NCBI GenBank assembly: GCA_964292015.1
Contig: CAXYUU010000001.1
Span: 1-38,791 of the forward strand
Direction: 5' to 3'
Length of the DNA stretch: 38,791 bases
Origin: an uncultured Acetobacteroides sp.
GTDB taxonomy: Bacteria; Bacteroidota; Bacteroidia; Bacteroidales; ZOR0009
Part shown: positions 28,194-38,791 of the stretch, piece by piece
Layout of the letters: each line of letters starts with the position of its first letter
How positions within the stretch are numbered: position 1 is the first letter of the stretch
Position numbers and translations under genes: made by a program
The notes under the pieces: model-generated
Database searches by the model: none
Seen by the model: the letters and a program-made list of their open reading frames with translations, nothing else
Told to the model about the DNA's origin: nothing

Positions 28194-28245
28194 TAACTTC
28201 CTTTAACTTCTTTAACTTCTTTAACTTCAACCTTCTTTAACTTCT
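28194..28245. repeat. Degenerate ~9-bp tandem repeat (TTAACTTCT)n
   Basis: About five imperfect TAACTTC-containing units just downstream of the activase stop. Confidence 0.6.
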
Positions 28246-28256
28246 CAATTTCATTC

Positions 28257-29054
28257 TCACCCTCCAACCGACACCTTTAGCCCTGCCTGTTCGAATAGAT
28301 CGTAGTAATGCTGAATACTTTCGGCATGTAGCGATTCTTTTTCAAATAGGGGGTTGTAGATGCCCAGCCGTTCGTACTTCGACTGGGCGATTTTGTGGTA
28401 CGGTAGCAGGTCTACGCGTACGACGTTGCTGAGCTGGCGAATAAAGCTCAGCAGCAGTCCCATCTCGTTGTCTTCGTAGTTAAATGTGGGGATGATGGGG
28501 ATGCGAATTTGAACGGGGGCACCCAAATCCGACAGCTTTTTCAGATTTTCGAGAATGATGGCGTTCGATACGCCGGTAAAGCGCTGGTGCTTTGCGTCGT
28601 CGATGCACTTGAGGTCGTACAGAAACAGGCTGGTATGGGGGATTAGCGGTTCAATATCGCTCCATTGGGCAAAACCCGACGTGTCGACAGCGGTATGAAT
28701 GCCCTTTTGGTGAAGTTCCTTGAGCATTTGGTGTAGAAATGCGGCCTGCATGAGTGGTTCGCCTCCCGAAAAGGTTACCCCACCGTCCGAATCCTCCATA
28801 AAAATTTGATCCTTCAGCAATTCGGCTACCAGGTTGGTGGTAGTTGTTTCGTAGCCGATGCTGTAGGGCATGGTATAGGCAACACCATCAACCCTTACGG
28901 TTTTGGTCGACTGCTCTATATCCCTGCACAGCCCTTCGGGGTTGTGGCACCACTGGCATCTCAGTGGGCATCCCTTTAAAAATACGGCCGTACGAATTCC
29001 AGGGCCATCATTAACGGCAAAGCGTTTGATGTCGAATACTACTCCTTTATCCAT
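28257..29054 (-). CDS. Glycyl-radical enzyme activating protein (radical SAM), short form
   Basis: NDGPGIRTAVFLKGCPLRCQWCHNPE (CxxxCxxC), GGVTFSGGEP, DTSG and LLPYH. Lies upstream of and co-oriented with hypD. Confidence 0.93.
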   Translation of the reverse strand: MDKGVVFDIKRFAVNDGPGIRTAVFLKGCPLRCQWCHNPEGLCRDIEQSTKTVRVDGVAYTMPYSIGYETTTTNLVAELLKDQIFMEDSDGGVTFSGGEPLMQAAFLHQMLKELHQKGIHTAVDTSGFAQWSDIEPLIPHTSLFLYDLKCIDDAKHQRFTGVSNAIILENLKKLSDLGAPVQIRIPIIPTFNYEDNEMGLLLSFIRQLSNVVRVDLLPYHKIAQSKYERLGIYNPLFEKESLHAESIQHYYDLFEQAGLKVSVGG

Positions 29055-29434
29055 AGTAAACTTGGAGTTAGAAATCAGGAATCAATGTGGCTTCGTTAAG
29101 AATAGTTTTAACCACGAAGAGCACAAAGGCCTTCACAGAGAGACACTAATCAAGCAACATTGAATCAGTAATTATTAAAGTAAAGTTGGAAAATGGTGGA
29201 TGTGAGGATGGGCATCCTCGAAATGGGGAAGTTAAATCAGCAGATCCAGCAGCTGTATAGGCCTTTGCCCTGCTGGTGGTATAGATTATTTACGAAGCGT
29301 ACAACCATGTGCCAAATATAGCATATTAGTGGGTAAATGCAATGAAATATGCATGGCTAGCGTTATTATCTGCTTGTTTATGGTTGGAATTAACCTAAAA
29401 TATATATTTTTAGAGAAATCTAAATTCAAATAGT

Positions 29435-30277
29435 ATGAATAAAAATTATTTGTTAATGTTCGGCCTGCTACTGGCCTCTCTTGGTGCTCATGCACAATGG
29501 ATTTACAACTATGCCGATGCCGAAAAAGTTGCCAAAGCAACAGGTAAGCTGCTAATGTTTGACTTTACCGCGAGCTGGTGTGGCCCCTGTAAATCCATGG
29601 AAATGGAAGTTTGGTCCGATCCAGCGGTAAAAGCACAGATGGCTAACATGGTAATGGTTAAGGTTGATATTGATGATGATCGTGGAACTGCATCGAAGTA
29701 TGGCGTTCAGGCTGTTCCAAATATTGTAGTTGCAATTCCTGGAGGGGACCCGCTTCAACAAGAAATCGGATATCAACGTATTCCGGCTATTATCTCGATG
29801 TTAAAGTCGTATCCTACTAACTTGTCGGAAGTGTATGGCATTCTTTTTAGTAAAGAGAAGGAGACTGACTCAACCTTTTGTGCCCTTGGCAATGCCTACT
29901 GCAATGTTGCAAAGAATGCTCCCGAAGCAAATAGTTCAAGGTTTTTCGCCCGTTCCGAATCGGCTTATAAGAAGGCCCAGAAGTTAGGTGCAAAAGCAAA
30001 CCATGCAGCTATCCGCGAGCTGGCTATGCTTCGTTCCATCTCTCTTTATCTCGAAAGGGGGAAGCCTCAAAAGGCAGTTGATGTCTTAAATAAGGAGGTA
30101 AAGGTCGAGAATCTTTGTGCCGAAAGTAAACCCGAAGCGGTTGCGCTGTATATGCGTGCCTACCTTGCCCTAAATAATAAGGAGGAGGCTAAGAAATATC
30201 TTCAGCAGCTCAGGGTAAACCCAAGTGCTTTATCGCTTCTCGACAGGTACAAGGAAGAGGTTAAGCTGATTGATTAG
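29435..30277 (+). CDS. Exported thioredoxin-family protein with helical (TPR-like) C-terminal half
   Basis: Signal peptide ending AHA. FDFTASWCGPC and cis-Pro motif YGVQAVP. Confidence 0.8.
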   Translation: MNKNYLLMFGLLLASLGAHAQWIYNYADAEKVAKATGKLLMFDFTASWCGPCKSMEMEVWSDPAVKAQMANMVMVKVDIDDDRGTASKYGVQAVPNIVVAIPGGDPLQQEIGYQRIPAIISMLKSYPTNLSEVYGILFSKEKETDSTFCALGNAYCNVAKNAPEANSSRFFARSESAYKKAQKLGAKANHAAIRELAMLRSISLYLERGKPQKAVDVLNKEVKVENLCAESKPEAVALYMRAYLALNNKEEAKKYLQQLRVNPSALSLLDRYKEEVKLID

Positions 30278-30329
30278 TGTCGGAATATTCTTTGATGCAA
30301 ATTTATTGCGACATATAAAACAGAAAATC

Positions 30330-30611
30330 ATGGCACCATATGTAGCTTATATTATTCTATCTATTCTTGTAATGGCTGCTATTTTGAAGTTTACTAATAG
30401 GAGAGTATTTGTAATTTCAGCATATTTCATTCTAGTAATGCCATCGAGCTTCTTTTTAGCGAAATACATATATGTAGAATATTTATTGGGAAGTTCTGCT
30501 ATTGTTAGAATAGCAGTAGAACTATTGCTTACAATTCTGTTTATACTGATTTCACTTGCAGTATCAAAGGCTCTTTCATTAGTTTTTAGATCAAGAAAAA
30601 GCAAGGCTTAG
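30330..30611 (+). CDS. Small hypothetical membrane protein (~3 TM)
   Basis: Hydrophobic 93-aa ORF from the ATG at 30330 (the track extends it to 30270). AT-rich, with a basic C-terminal tail. Confidence 0.5.
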   Translation: MAPYVAYIILSILVMAAILKFTNRRVFVISAYFILVMPSSFFLAKYIYVEYLLGSSAIVRIAVELLLTILFILISLAVSKALSLVFRSRKSKA

Positions 30612-30684
30612 ACTAATGTATTGTAACTTTTTTTAATGACGCGAAGTTGTTAGGTGAAAACTTACAATTCGTATTCTAAAAATT

Positions 30685-30719
30685 AAGAAGGTCGCTCCTT
30701 AGGGCGACCTTCTTCTTTT
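30685..30719. terminator. Intrinsic terminator between convergent genes
   Basis: AAGAAGGTCGCT-CCTTA-GGGCGACCTTCTT followed by CTTTT. Confidence 0.8.
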
Positions 30720-30730
30720 ATGGTGAATTC

Positions 30731-32269
30731 TTACAGCTTTACCCGAATCATTTGGCTTGGCTTGCTCTCGTTGTACAGCCTGTCGAGCGCCGTGACGCAA
30801 ATCTTTACCTTCTTGCGAATCGACTTCTTCTCCCTGCTAATTGCTATGGAGGTATCTCGGGTAATGGCGTATATATTTTTTGGATTGCTGAAGTCTACTT
30901 TTCCCTTAAATAGGTATACCACATAGTACCTGGCCCTATCCATTTCCGATGCGGTAGAGTTGCTATCCGACCAGCTAAGTCGTATTTCCGATTGATTCAC
31001 CCTGGTGGCTAAGCTAGCGGGTATTGCTGGCGCAAGGCTATCGATGAAGCTCATCTGGGGAACAATGGCCGGGAACTGGTAAAATTTCTTCTTTAGCTGC
31101 TCGTTTACCTTAAGCGGATTGTCGAGGAATGACTTTGCGCTAAAGTAGACGCTACCTTGTATGGTTGGTATCGTGCGGTTCATCGTCATCTGGCGCGCTA
31201 TCTCCTTACCATCTCGCCACTCCTTGTTTTTCGACATTGGATCGACCCGGTAGTAGCCTTGTCCGATAAATAGGGGTACACCGTTACTATTGTCGCTCCA
31301 CCATTTTGCCAGCGTTTTGTAGTCGGCAACCTTGAGGCCAATGTGCCAGTAGAGCTGCGGTACCACGTAGTCGATCCACTTGTTTTGTGTCCAAAGCAGA
31401 ATATCGGCATACAGGTCGTCGTAGTTCGATCCGCCATTGGTTTCCGAACCGCGCGGGTCGTTAGACTTGTTCCTCCAAATACCAAAGGGCGAAATACCAA
31501 ACTTAACATAGGGCTTGGTGGCATGTATGCTGTCGTGCAGCATTCGAATAATGAGATCGACGTTGTCTCTTCGCCAGGCCTCCTTCTGATCCTGCGCAAA
31601 ACCACGTGGGTAGGCGGCAAAGGTGGCGTCGTCATTAAACTCTTTTCCTTTTATCTTGTAGGGGTAGAAGTAGTCGTCGAAGTGAATGCCGTCTACATCG
31701 TACCTGCGCACCACATCTTCAATTACCTTAACAACGTGCTCTCGTGTTTGAGGGAGCCCCGGGTCGAAGTAGCGTTGGTTGCCATAGGTAACCATCCAGT
31801 CGGGGTGTTGCTTGGTGACATGTAGCGAGTCGGTTTCGGTATCGGCAGTGGTATCCTTAATGGTACGGTAGGGGTTGAACCAGGCGTGAAACTCGATACA
31901 GCGCTTGTGGCACTCCTCTATCATAAAGGGGAGGGGATCGTAGAACGGGTTGGGGGCAGCGCCCTGCTTTCCGGTAAGATACTTCGACCAAGGCTCGATC
32001 TTCGAGTCGTACAGCGCATCGGCACAGGGACGAATCTGTACGATAACGGCATTTATGCCTACCTCCTTTAGCTTATCTAGCAGCGTGGTAAATTCGGTTC
32101 GTTGTTGCTCGGGTGTTCTGTTTTTACTCGATGGCCAGTCGATGTTCTCCACCGAGGCTATCCAAGCCGCCCGCATTTCGCGCTTCGGGTTTGGGTTTTG
32201 ACTTTGCGATGGAAGGGCCACAAGTATTAAGGAGGCTACTAGCGCTAGTAAAATAATAACCTTATTCAT
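30731..32269 (-). CDS. Glycosyl hydrolase-like 10 (YddW/DigH family) protein with C-terminal Fn3-like domain
   Basis: REMRAAWIASVENIDWPS, QIRP, EFHAWFNPYR, YDVDGIHFDDYFYPY, FGISPFG and PQLYW. Start placed at MNKVIILL, which begins a signal peptide. Confidence 0.88.
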   Translation of the reverse strand: MNKVIILLALVASLILVALPSQSQNPNPKREMRAAWIASVENIDWPSSKNRTPEQQRTEFTTLLDKLKEVGINAVIVQIRPCADALYDSKIEPWSKYLTGKQGAAPNPFYDPLPFMIEECHKRCIEFHAWFNPYRTIKDTTADTETDSLHVTKQHPDWMVTYGNQRYFDPGLPQTREHVVKVIEDVVRRYDVDGIHFDDYFYPYKIKGKEFNDDATFAAYPRGFAQDQKEAWRRDNVDLIIRMLHDSIHATKPYVKFGISPFGIWRNKSNDPRGSETNGGSNYDDLYADILLWTQNKWIDYVVPQLYWHIGLKVADYKTLAKWWSDNSNGVPLFIGQGYYRVDPMSKNKEWRDGKEIARQMTMNRTIPTIQGSVYFSAKSFLDNPLKVNEQLKKKFYQFPAIVPQMSFIDSLAPAIPASLATRVNQSEIRLSWSDSNSTASEMDRARYYVVYLFKGKVDFSNPKNIYAITRDTSIAISREKKSIRKKVKICVTALDRLYNESKPSQMIRVKL

Positions 32270-32612
32270 TCGGTGTGCTTTTGGGTTCTGTTGTGTCGAT
32301 GAAAATATGTGCAGCACAAATTTGGCTTTTATTTTGGTCAGATTATACTGTCGACACCAAATTCGCGATCGTTTCCTATAAATATGCTACATTTCTGTGC
32401 AAGTTACGAGGCATTATTCGTTGATTGTCCTCAGGTAGTCGGTATTTAGTCGCTTTCCATAGTCGAATACTTCTTTTAATGGCTGCTACTGAACCGTTTC
32501 GAACCCGAAGGGGATTGCGGTATCTATCTTGTTCTGCCGCGGCACCTTCTCGGCTATTAATCCGTGTGTATCCGCTGTCGGATACTCGGTATTCTATGCA
32601 ATAGTGGGCAAC

Positions 32613-32645
32613 AAAAAGGGGGCATCGTTTCCGATGCCCCCTTTT
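32613..32645 (-). terminator. Intrinsic terminator of rimP-nusA-infB
   Basis: AAAAAGGGGGCATCG-TTTC-CGATGCCCCCTTTT. Confidence 0.9.
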
Positions 32646-32674
32646 ACTATATGGGTGGTAGCCTAAATCGTTGT

Positions 32675-35600
32675 TTAGTCTAACGTTTTCTTTACCTCAA
32701 TAAGCTCGTAGCCTTCAATGAAGTCACCAACCTTAAGGTCGTTGTAGCCCTTGATATTCAGACCACACTCGAAACCGTTCTTAACCTCTCTAACGTCGTC
32801 CTTAAAGCGCTTAAGCGACCCAAGGTCTCCGGTATAGATCACAATACCTTCGCGAATGATGCGAATCTTGGTGTTTCTGGTAGCCGTACCTTCGCGAACG
32901 ATACATCCGGCAACTGTTCCAACCTTGGTAATGTCGAATACTTCAACCACCTCAATCGAGCAGGTCGTTTCTTCCTTAATTTCGGGCGAAAGCATCCCTT
33001 CGATAGCGTCCTTCACCTCGTTGATGGCGTCGTAAATAATCGAGTAGTGGCGAATTTCGATGCCTTCCTTCTCGGCAATACGGCGGGCGTTGGTCGATGG
33101 TCGAACCTGGAAGCCAACCACAATCGCATTCGAAGCGGCAGCAAGCAGTACGTCCGATTCCGAGATCTGACCTACAGCCTTGTGAATAACGTTAACCTGA
33201 ACTTCTTCGTTCGACAGTTTGATAAGTGAGTCGGTAAGCGCCTCAATCGAGCCGTCCACGTCACCCTTAACAATAATGTTGAGCTCCTTGAAGTTTCCAA
33301 CGGCAATACGGCGACCAATTTCGTCGAGGGTAATGTGCTTGGTGGCACGTAGTCCCTGCATACGCTGTAGCTGCTCGCGCTTGTTGGCGATATCCTTAGC
33401 CTCACGTTCGTCGAGTACGTTGAAGGTTTCACCTGCTGTTGGTGCACCGTTTAGTCCGAGCATTTGCACGGGAACCGATGGACCTGCACTGGTAATCTTC
33501 TTTCCACGTTCGTTGAACATGGCCTTTACGCGGCCGTAGTACTGTCCTGATAGAACCACGTCACCAACATTAATGGTACCTGCCTGAACCAGCATGGTGG
33601 TAACGTAACCACGTCCCTTGTCCAATGTCGATTCGATAACCGTACCGGTTGCGTTCTTATTTGGGTTGGCTTTAAGCTCGAGCATTTCGGCTTCAAGCAC
33701 TACCTTGTCAAGCAGCTCCTGAATACCCTCACCCTTCTTAGCCGATATCTCTTGAACCTGATACTTACCACCCCAATCCTCTACGAGGTAGTTCATGCTG
33801 GCAAGCTGTTCGCGAATTTTTTCTGGATTTGCACCCTGTTTGTCAATCTTGTTGATGGCAAACACCATGGGAACCCCTGCTGCAACAGCATGGTTGATGG
33901 CTTCCTTGGTTTGAGGCATGATGCTATCATCAGCAGCGATGATGATGATGGCAACGTCGGTTACCTTGGCTCCACGAGCACGCATCGCGGTAAACGCTTC
34001 GTGACCTGGAGTGTCGAGGAAGGTTACCCTACGGGTGTCGTCAATCTTTACCGAGTAGGCTCCAATGTGCTGGGTGATACCACCCGCCTCACCGGCAATT
34101 ACGTTCGCCTTACGGATGTAGTCAAGTAGCGAGGTCTTACCGTGGTCAACGTGACCCATTACGGCAACAACAGGTGCACGTGGAATCAAATCTTCCGGTT
34201 TGTCCTCTACTTCCTGAATCGACTCCTGAATGTCGGCGGCAACAAATTCTACCTTGAATCCGAACTCTTCAGCAACCAAAACTAGAGCTTCGGCATCTAA
34301 ACGCTGGTTGATGGATACCATCAGACCAAGGTTCATACATGCTCCAATTACTTCGGTAACCTGAACGTCCATCATGATGGCCAGCTCGTTTACGGTTACA
34401 AATTCGGTTGCCTTAATAAGGTTACGATCCATATCGGCGAGCTCCTGCTCAGCCATCATACGGTGGCGAACATCGTCGCGCTTATCTCTACGATACTTCG
34501 AACTCTTTGTCTTCGATCCTTTCGATGTTAGACGAGCCAGAGTATCCTTGATTTGCTTTTGTACGTCCTCTTCGCTAACCTCCTTGTGAAGAGGTCTCTT
34601 ATTTGCGGTGAGCTTGTTTCCTCCCTTTGCCGCAGTGCCACCGGTGTTACGGTTAACCTGTAGGCGGTTGCCCTGTCCTGGTTGCCCTGTACGAGCGCCT
34701 GCCTGAGGAACACGAGCACCCTTTTGTGGGCGGTTCGCATCGGTTTGTTTAGGACCCTTTTCGAGAGGCTTATCACGAGGGGGAAACTGTGGTTGACGGT
34801 TAACCTCCTGCTGTTTTGCTTCGCCTTCGATATTTATCTTTTGATCGGGCTTAATGCGCTTGCGCTTTTTCTTGTTCTTATCGCTGGCATTTTGCGCATT
34901 AACCGAAGGGGTTACAGTCTTTTTCTTTGGGGCAAAGGCCGATAAGTCGATCTTGCCGACAACGGTTGGCCCTGAGAGCTTCTCCACATCAGCCCTGTAA
35001 AGCTCCTCGCTGCTTTCAGCAGCCACTTCGGCTACCTCTTCTTTTGCAACTTCTTTCACTAAATCTGGTTTCGTTTCTACAACGCCCTTCTTGGGTTTTT
35101 CAGTGATTTCCACCTCTTTTTTAGGGGTAGGAATATGCTTGGGGCGGTTATGTTGTTTAGGTTGAACTTCTGCTGGTGCATCGGTTGTAACCTCGGTTGG
35201 TTTTACCTCTTCGGCCGCTATCTTTTCTTTAGGTACAGCTGGCGTTACCTCCTCTGCCACCTTTTTCTCAATAGGTGCAGCTGGTTTTACCTCTTCTACC
35301 ATTACTTTTTCAACCTTTACTTCTTCTACTTTTGGCATCTCGATAGGTGCAGGTTCGGTCTTAGCCGGTTCAACCACAGCAGCAGGTTGAGGCTTTTCCT
35401 CCTCTTTGATAGGTGTTTCTATGACAGCAGGACGTGCGGTAGGTTTCGATTCGAGATCGATCTTACCAACAATGTTGATTCCCTTAATTGTGGGAACTTC
35501 AACTTTTTCCACTACTGGCTCTTGAACTTTAGGTCTTTCTGCGATCGTATTATCCTTTACCATGATGCTTCTTTCGCCATCATCGTCCCCATCTTCATCA

Positions 35601-35875
35601 TCGTTCTGGGATAGATTTTTACGCATATCGTCAATCGAAACGGTGGCTTTTTTCTCACGAATGCCTTTAAGGTCAACCTTATTGGCTTCCGCTTTAAGCT
35701 TTAGTTCCTTGCCGAATTCCTTCTCGAGCAATAGGTATGCTTCGGTGGTAATTTTTGCATTAGGGTTCGAGTCTACTTGTACTCCCTTCTTGTGAAGAAA
35801 ATCTACAATGGTCTGAACCCCTACGTTTAGCTCCTTAGCTGCTTTAAGAAGCCTGGTTGATTTATCCTGCGTCAT
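32675..35875 (-). CDS. infB: Translation initiation factor IF-2
   Basis: [34 protein letters not shown] and SLKRFKDDV. Confidence 0.99.
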   Translation of the reverse strand: MTQDKSTRLLKAAKELNVGVQTIVDFLHKKGVQVDSNPNAKITTEAYLLLEKEFGKELKLKAEANKVDLKGIREKKATVSIDDMRKNLSQNDDEDGDDDGERSIMVKDNTIAERPKVQEPVVEKVEVPTIKGINIVGKIDLESKPTARPAVIETPIKEEEKPQPAAVVEPAKTEPAPIEMPKVEEVKVEKVMVEEVKPAAPIEKKVAEEVTPAVPKEKIAAEEVKPTEVTTDAPAEVQPKQHNRPKHIPTPKKEVEITEKPKKGVVETKPDLVKEVAKEEVAEVAAESSEELYRADVEKLSGPTVVGKIDLSAFAPKKKTVTPSVNAQNASDKNKKKRKRIKPDQKINIEGEAKQQEVNRQPQFPPRDKPLEKGPKQTDANRPQKGARVPQAGARTGQPGQGNRLQVNRNTGGTAAKGGNKLTANKRPLHKEVSEEDVQKQIKDTLARLTSKGSKTKSSKYRRDKRDDVRHRMMAEQELADMDRNLIKATEFVTVNELAIMMDVQVTEVIGACMNLGLMVSINQRLDAEALVLVAEEFGFKVEFVAADIQESIQEVEDKPEDLIPRAPVVAVMGHVDHGKTSLLDYIRKANVIAGEAGGITQHIGAYSVKIDDTRRVTFLDTPGHEAFTAMRARGAKVTDVAIIIIAADDSIMPQTKEAINHAVAAGVPMVFAINKIDKQGANPEKIREQLASMNYLVEDWGGKYQVQEISAKKGEGIQELLDKVVLEAEMLELKANPNKNATGTVIESTLDKGRGYVTTMLVQAGTINVGDVVLSGQYYGRVKAMFNERGKKITSAGPSVPVQMLGLNGAPTAGETFNVLDEREAKDIANKREQLQRMQGLRATKHITLDEIGRRIAVGNFKELNIIVKGDVDGSIEALTDSLIKLSNEEVQVNVIHKAVGQISESDVLLAAASNAIVVGFQVRPSTNARRIAEKEGIEIRHYSIIYDAINEVKDAIEGMLSPEIKEETTCSIEVVEVFDITKVGTVAGCIVREGTATRNTKIRIIREGIVIYTGDLGSLKRFKDDVREVKNGFECGLNIKGYNDLKVGDFIEGYELIEVKKTLD

Positions 35876-35924
35876 ACTTATCCTATCGATTTTTTAAGTG
35901 AAGGCAAATTTAATACTTTGAACG

Positions 35925-37163
35925 CTACGCCTCTAATTCCGAGCGAAGGATGTTTACCACTTCGATAACGGTTTCCTCCTCCAAGTCGGTACGGCGTACC
36001 AGCTCGCTAGTAGAAATTTCAAGCACGCTTCTGGCTGTGTCGCAGCCAATATTTTTAAGCTGATCGATAATCCAGCCTTCGATTTCATCACTGAATTCGT
36101 CGAGCGATACGTCTTCGTCATTTTCAGCACTTTCTCTGTAAACGTCGATTTCGTAGCCTGTAAGCTGACCTGCAAGCTTAATATTTAGACCACCCTTACC
36201 GATTGCAAGCGATACTTCGGTAGGTTGAAGATAAACAGCCGCCCTGCAATTCTCCTCATCAAGCTTAATGCTGCTAATTTTAGCAGGACTAAGTGCGCGT
36301 GTGATAAAGAGCTGCGTGTTGTGCGTAAAGTTTATAACGTCGATATTTTCGTTGCGTAACTCACGAACAATGCCATGAATACGCGACCCCTTCATACCAA
36401 CACATGCGCCTACTGGGTCGATACGCTCGTCGTAGCTTTCTACAGCTACTTTAGCGCGCTCCCCAGGAACACGTACGATTTTTTTTATGGTGATTAGGCC
36501 ATCAGAAATTTCGGGAACTTCCTGTTCGAATAGGCGCTCTAGGAATACAGGCGATATTCTCGACAGGATAATAAGCGGGCTGCTGTTGCGCATCTCAACT
36601 CGAACAACTACGGCCTTAAGCGTATCGCCTTTGCGGTAGAAGTCGGATGGAATTTGTTCAGTGCGGGGAAGTATCAGCTCGTTATTTTCGTCGTCGATTA
36701 TTAAAATTTCCTTTTTCCAAACCTGGTAAACCTCGCCAGTAACAACTAGGCCTACTTTATCTTTGTACTTATTAAAGATGCTCGCTTTTTCGAGGTCCAT
36801 GATTCGACCCGCAAGATTCTGACGTAGTGCTAAAATGGCACGACGGCCGAAATTCTCAAATTTAACCTCCTCCGAAACTTCTTCGCCAATCTCGTATTCC
36901 TCGTCTATCTTTTTTGCTTCGCTTAGCGGAATCTCTTTTGTTGGATCCTCCAGCTCGCCATCTACTACCACAATGCGGTTGTGGTATATCTCAAGGTTGC
37001 CCTTGTCGATATTTACGATGATGTCGAAATTTTCGTCGCTCCCGTAAAGTTTTACGAGAAGGCCACGAAACACGTCTTCGAGGACGCTCATCATGGTTGG
37101 GCGGTCGATATTCTTGAGCTCTTTAAACTCCGCGAATGTCTCTATGAGGTTAAGATTTTCCAT
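35925..37163 (-). CDS. nusA: Transcription termination/antitermination factor NusA
   Basis: FGRRA, S1 and KH domains, IDPVGACVGMKGSRI and AIGKGGLN. Start placed at the ATG at 37163. Confidence 0.98.
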   Translation of the reverse strand: MENLNLIETFAEFKELKNIDRPTMMSVLEDVFRGLLVKLYGSDENFDIIVNIDKGNLEIYHNRIVVVDGELEDPTKEIPLSEAKKIDEEYEIGEEVSEEVKFENFGRRAILALRQNLAGRIMDLEKASIFNKYKDKVGLVVTGEVYQVWKKEILIIDDENNELILPRTEQIPSDFYRKGDTLKAVVVRVEMRNSSPLIILSRISPVFLERLFEQEVPEISDGLITIKKIVRVPGERAKVAVESYDERIDPVGACVGMKGSRIHGIVRELRNENIDVINFTHNTQLFITRALSPAKISSIKLDEENCRAAVYLQPTEVSLAIGKGGLNIKLAGQLTGYEIDVYRESAENDEDVSLDEFSDEIEGWIIDQLKNIGCDTARSVLEISTSELVRRTDLEEETVIEVVNILRSELEA

Positions 37164-37187
37164 CTGCAACTAGCTTATATCTCTTAC

Positions 37188-37655
37188 TTACTTGAATGAT
37201 ACTACTTCTTTGGTTGATTTGGCATCGGCAAAAGCGATTCGTTGTTTTACTTCAACGGTATGCTTCCTCTTGGTACCCTCAATGAGCTCCTTACTGCTGA
37301 AGGTTACCTCAATGTCTTCGGGGGTAACGTCGGTTAGCGTTCCTGCAATCTTGGTTCCATCGGTAAGCTGCACTTCCACCTGGCGTCCTAATGCCTTGGT
37401 GTATTGGCGTGCTACCTTAAGGGGCTGTCCAATTCCGGGTGATGCTACCATCAGTTCAAAGTCTTCTTCCTCACGGTCGAGCGAATTTTCAATAGCGCGA
37501 CTAACCGCAATACACTTATCTATACCAACGCCATTGTCGCCATCTATTGCAATGTCGATTCTGTTTGCGGTATCAATTTTTAAATCCACAAGGAATAACC
37601 CTAACTCTTCGAGCTTTTCCTCTACGATTTTCAATATAAAAGCCTGATCTACCAT
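37188..37655 (-). CDS. rimP: Ribosome maturation factor RimP
   Basis: IDGDNGVGIDKC, FELMVASPGIGQPL and position upstream of nusA. Start placed at MVDQAF (37655). Confidence 0.93.
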   Translation of the reverse strand: MVDQAFILKIVEEKLEELGLFLVDLKIDTANRIDIAIDGDNGVGIDKCIAVSRAIENSLDREEEDFELMVASPGIGQPLKVARQYTKALGRQVEVQLTDGTKIAGTLTDVTPEDIEVTFSSKELIEGTKRKHTVEVKQRIAFADAKSTKEVVSFK

Positions 37656-37670
37656 ACTTTTTTGATAACA

Positions 37671-37730
37671 AAAGGGGGGACATCGTGTCCCCCTCGGTAT
37701 TGGATTTCCTCCTTTACGAGCGCAAATATA
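37671..37730 (-). promoter_or_regulatory. rimP promoter (-7 TATATTTG) and 5' leader hairpin
   Basis: TATATTTG at 37730-37723. Hairpin GGGGGACA-CGA-TGTCCCCC followed by a U tract (37695-37671). Confidence 0.6.
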
Positions 37731-37912
37731 GTAATAATCAAGTAAAATTGAAAACAATGCTGAAAATTAAGCAAATATACTTGATAAGTTAGCTCTTTCA
37801 GGCTGCGTTATTGTGTTTTAAGCTTAAAAATAATTAGCTATATTTAGTATTCAAGGGTTCGTGGTAGGGTAATATTGCTCGGGTTGTGCCCATATTGGGT
37901 GCTTCTGTAGGC

Positions 37913-38791
37913 TTAGTCGTCCACTTTTTGTAGGACAAATGCAGTTCTAGCGGGGATGTACAGCTTCAGCCACTCCTTGCCCTCCTCCTTATATAAAGGA
38001 TCAAGCTGGGTAAAGTGCTCAATGCTATCGTCGTTTGTTGCAAATCCGCCAAATTTCGACGAATCGGTGTCGAGTATAACTACGTACTTCCCTTTTGATG
38101 TAAGGATGCCGTAGTCGGAGAATGATTTAGACGGGTTGAAGTTGAATATGAATAGTAGGTTATTCCGTTGGTAGGCTAGTACCTGATCATTGTTGTTGTC
38201 CCATAGCTTAACGAGGGGCTTGTTTTGGAAGTTCTTCACCTTCTTTATGAGGTGAATCATGGCTATATCAAACGTGTTTAAGAACTGGTACTTCAGCTTA
38301 GGGTCGTTGGATAGGCTCCACTGCCTACGTGCGTACTTGTACGACCAGCCATTTCCTTCGCGGGGAAAGTCAATCCATTCGGGGTGTCCAAATTCGTTAC
38401 CCATAAAGTTGAGGTACCCTCCGTTTATGGTTGATGCCGTGATTAGGCGGATCATCTTGTGCAGTGCTATTCCCCTGCTCACCGTTAAATCGGTATCTTC
38501 AGCAGTCATATTCCAGTACATCTTTTCGTCGATAAGCCGGAATATGATGGTTTTATCGCCCACTAGTGCCTGGTCGTGACTTTCGGCATAGCTGATGGTC
38601 TTTTCCTCTTTTCGGCGGTTGGTTAGCTCCCAAAATATTTTGCTTGGTTTCCAATCCTCATCTTTCGACTCCTTATTCAGTTTAATCCAGTAGTCCGGTA
38701 TGCCCATGGCCATGCGGTAGTCGAAGCCAAATCCTCCATCTTCAAATTTTGCCGACTGCCCAGGCATTCCGCTCATCTCTTCGGCAATGGT
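37913..38791 (-). CDS. glgB: 1,4-alpha-glucan branching enzyme (GH13), 5' part outside the window
   Basis: The frame is open to the window edge (TIAEEMSGMPG). Motifs GFGFDYRMAMG, YAESHDQALVGDKT, LNFMGNEFGHPEWIDFPR and ARRQW. Confidence 0.93.
   Translation of the reverse strand, partial: TIAEEMSGMPGQSAKFEDGGFGFDYRMAMGIPDYWIKLNKESKDEDWKPSKIFWELTNRRKEEKTISYAESHDQALVGDKTIIFRLIDEKMYWNMTAEDTDLTVSRGIALHKMIRLITASTINGGYLNFMGNEFGHPEWIDFPREGNGWSYKYARRQWSLSNDPKLKYQFLNTFDIAMIHLIKKVKNFQNKPLVKLWDNNNDQVLAYQRNNLLFIFNFNPSKSFSDYGILTSKGKYVVILDTDSSKFGGFATNDDSIEHFTQLDPLYKEEGKEWLKLYIPARTAFVLQKVDD

Noticed and set aside
29110-29150. Short degenerate CAC(A/G)(A/G)AG repeats upstream of the activase
   Set aside because: Too short and degenerate to call an operator or element from this window alone.
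34600-35600. Low-complexity E/K/P/V-rich segment in infB
   Set aside because: This is the normal variable N-terminal region of IF-2.

Overview
Bacteroidota (Bacteroidales-like) chromosomal window. The housekeeping backbone is: a T9SS-secreted serine protease divergent from ruvA-sprA-gcvH; the glycyl radical enzyme HypD with its activase; an exported thioredoxin-fold protein; a GHL10/YddW-like hydrolase; rimP-nusA-infB; and the 3' part of glgB. Behind the gcvH terminator lies an ~11.7 kb minus-strand class I lanthipeptide cluster: C39 peptidase ABC exporter, HlyD, small HTH protein, precursor, LanC, split LanB, exported erythromycin-esterase-family protein, ABC ATPase and permease. The best novelty candidates are in this cluster: (1) an anionic 48-aa core with seven consecutive S/T-x(2-3)-C units; (2) an HTH regulator whose C-terminus carries a double-glycine leader motif, with a palindrome and probable precursor promoter inside its 3' end; (3) a candidate pseudoknot/loop-E RNA in the precursor 5' UTR; (4) an Ere-family protein in the immunity position. 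Also present are a hidden 49-aa (QCTNSTK)n repeat ORF upstream of the exporter and a four-layer nested MITE/palindrome element between hypD and its activase. All assignments come from reading motifs by eye; no database searches were run.
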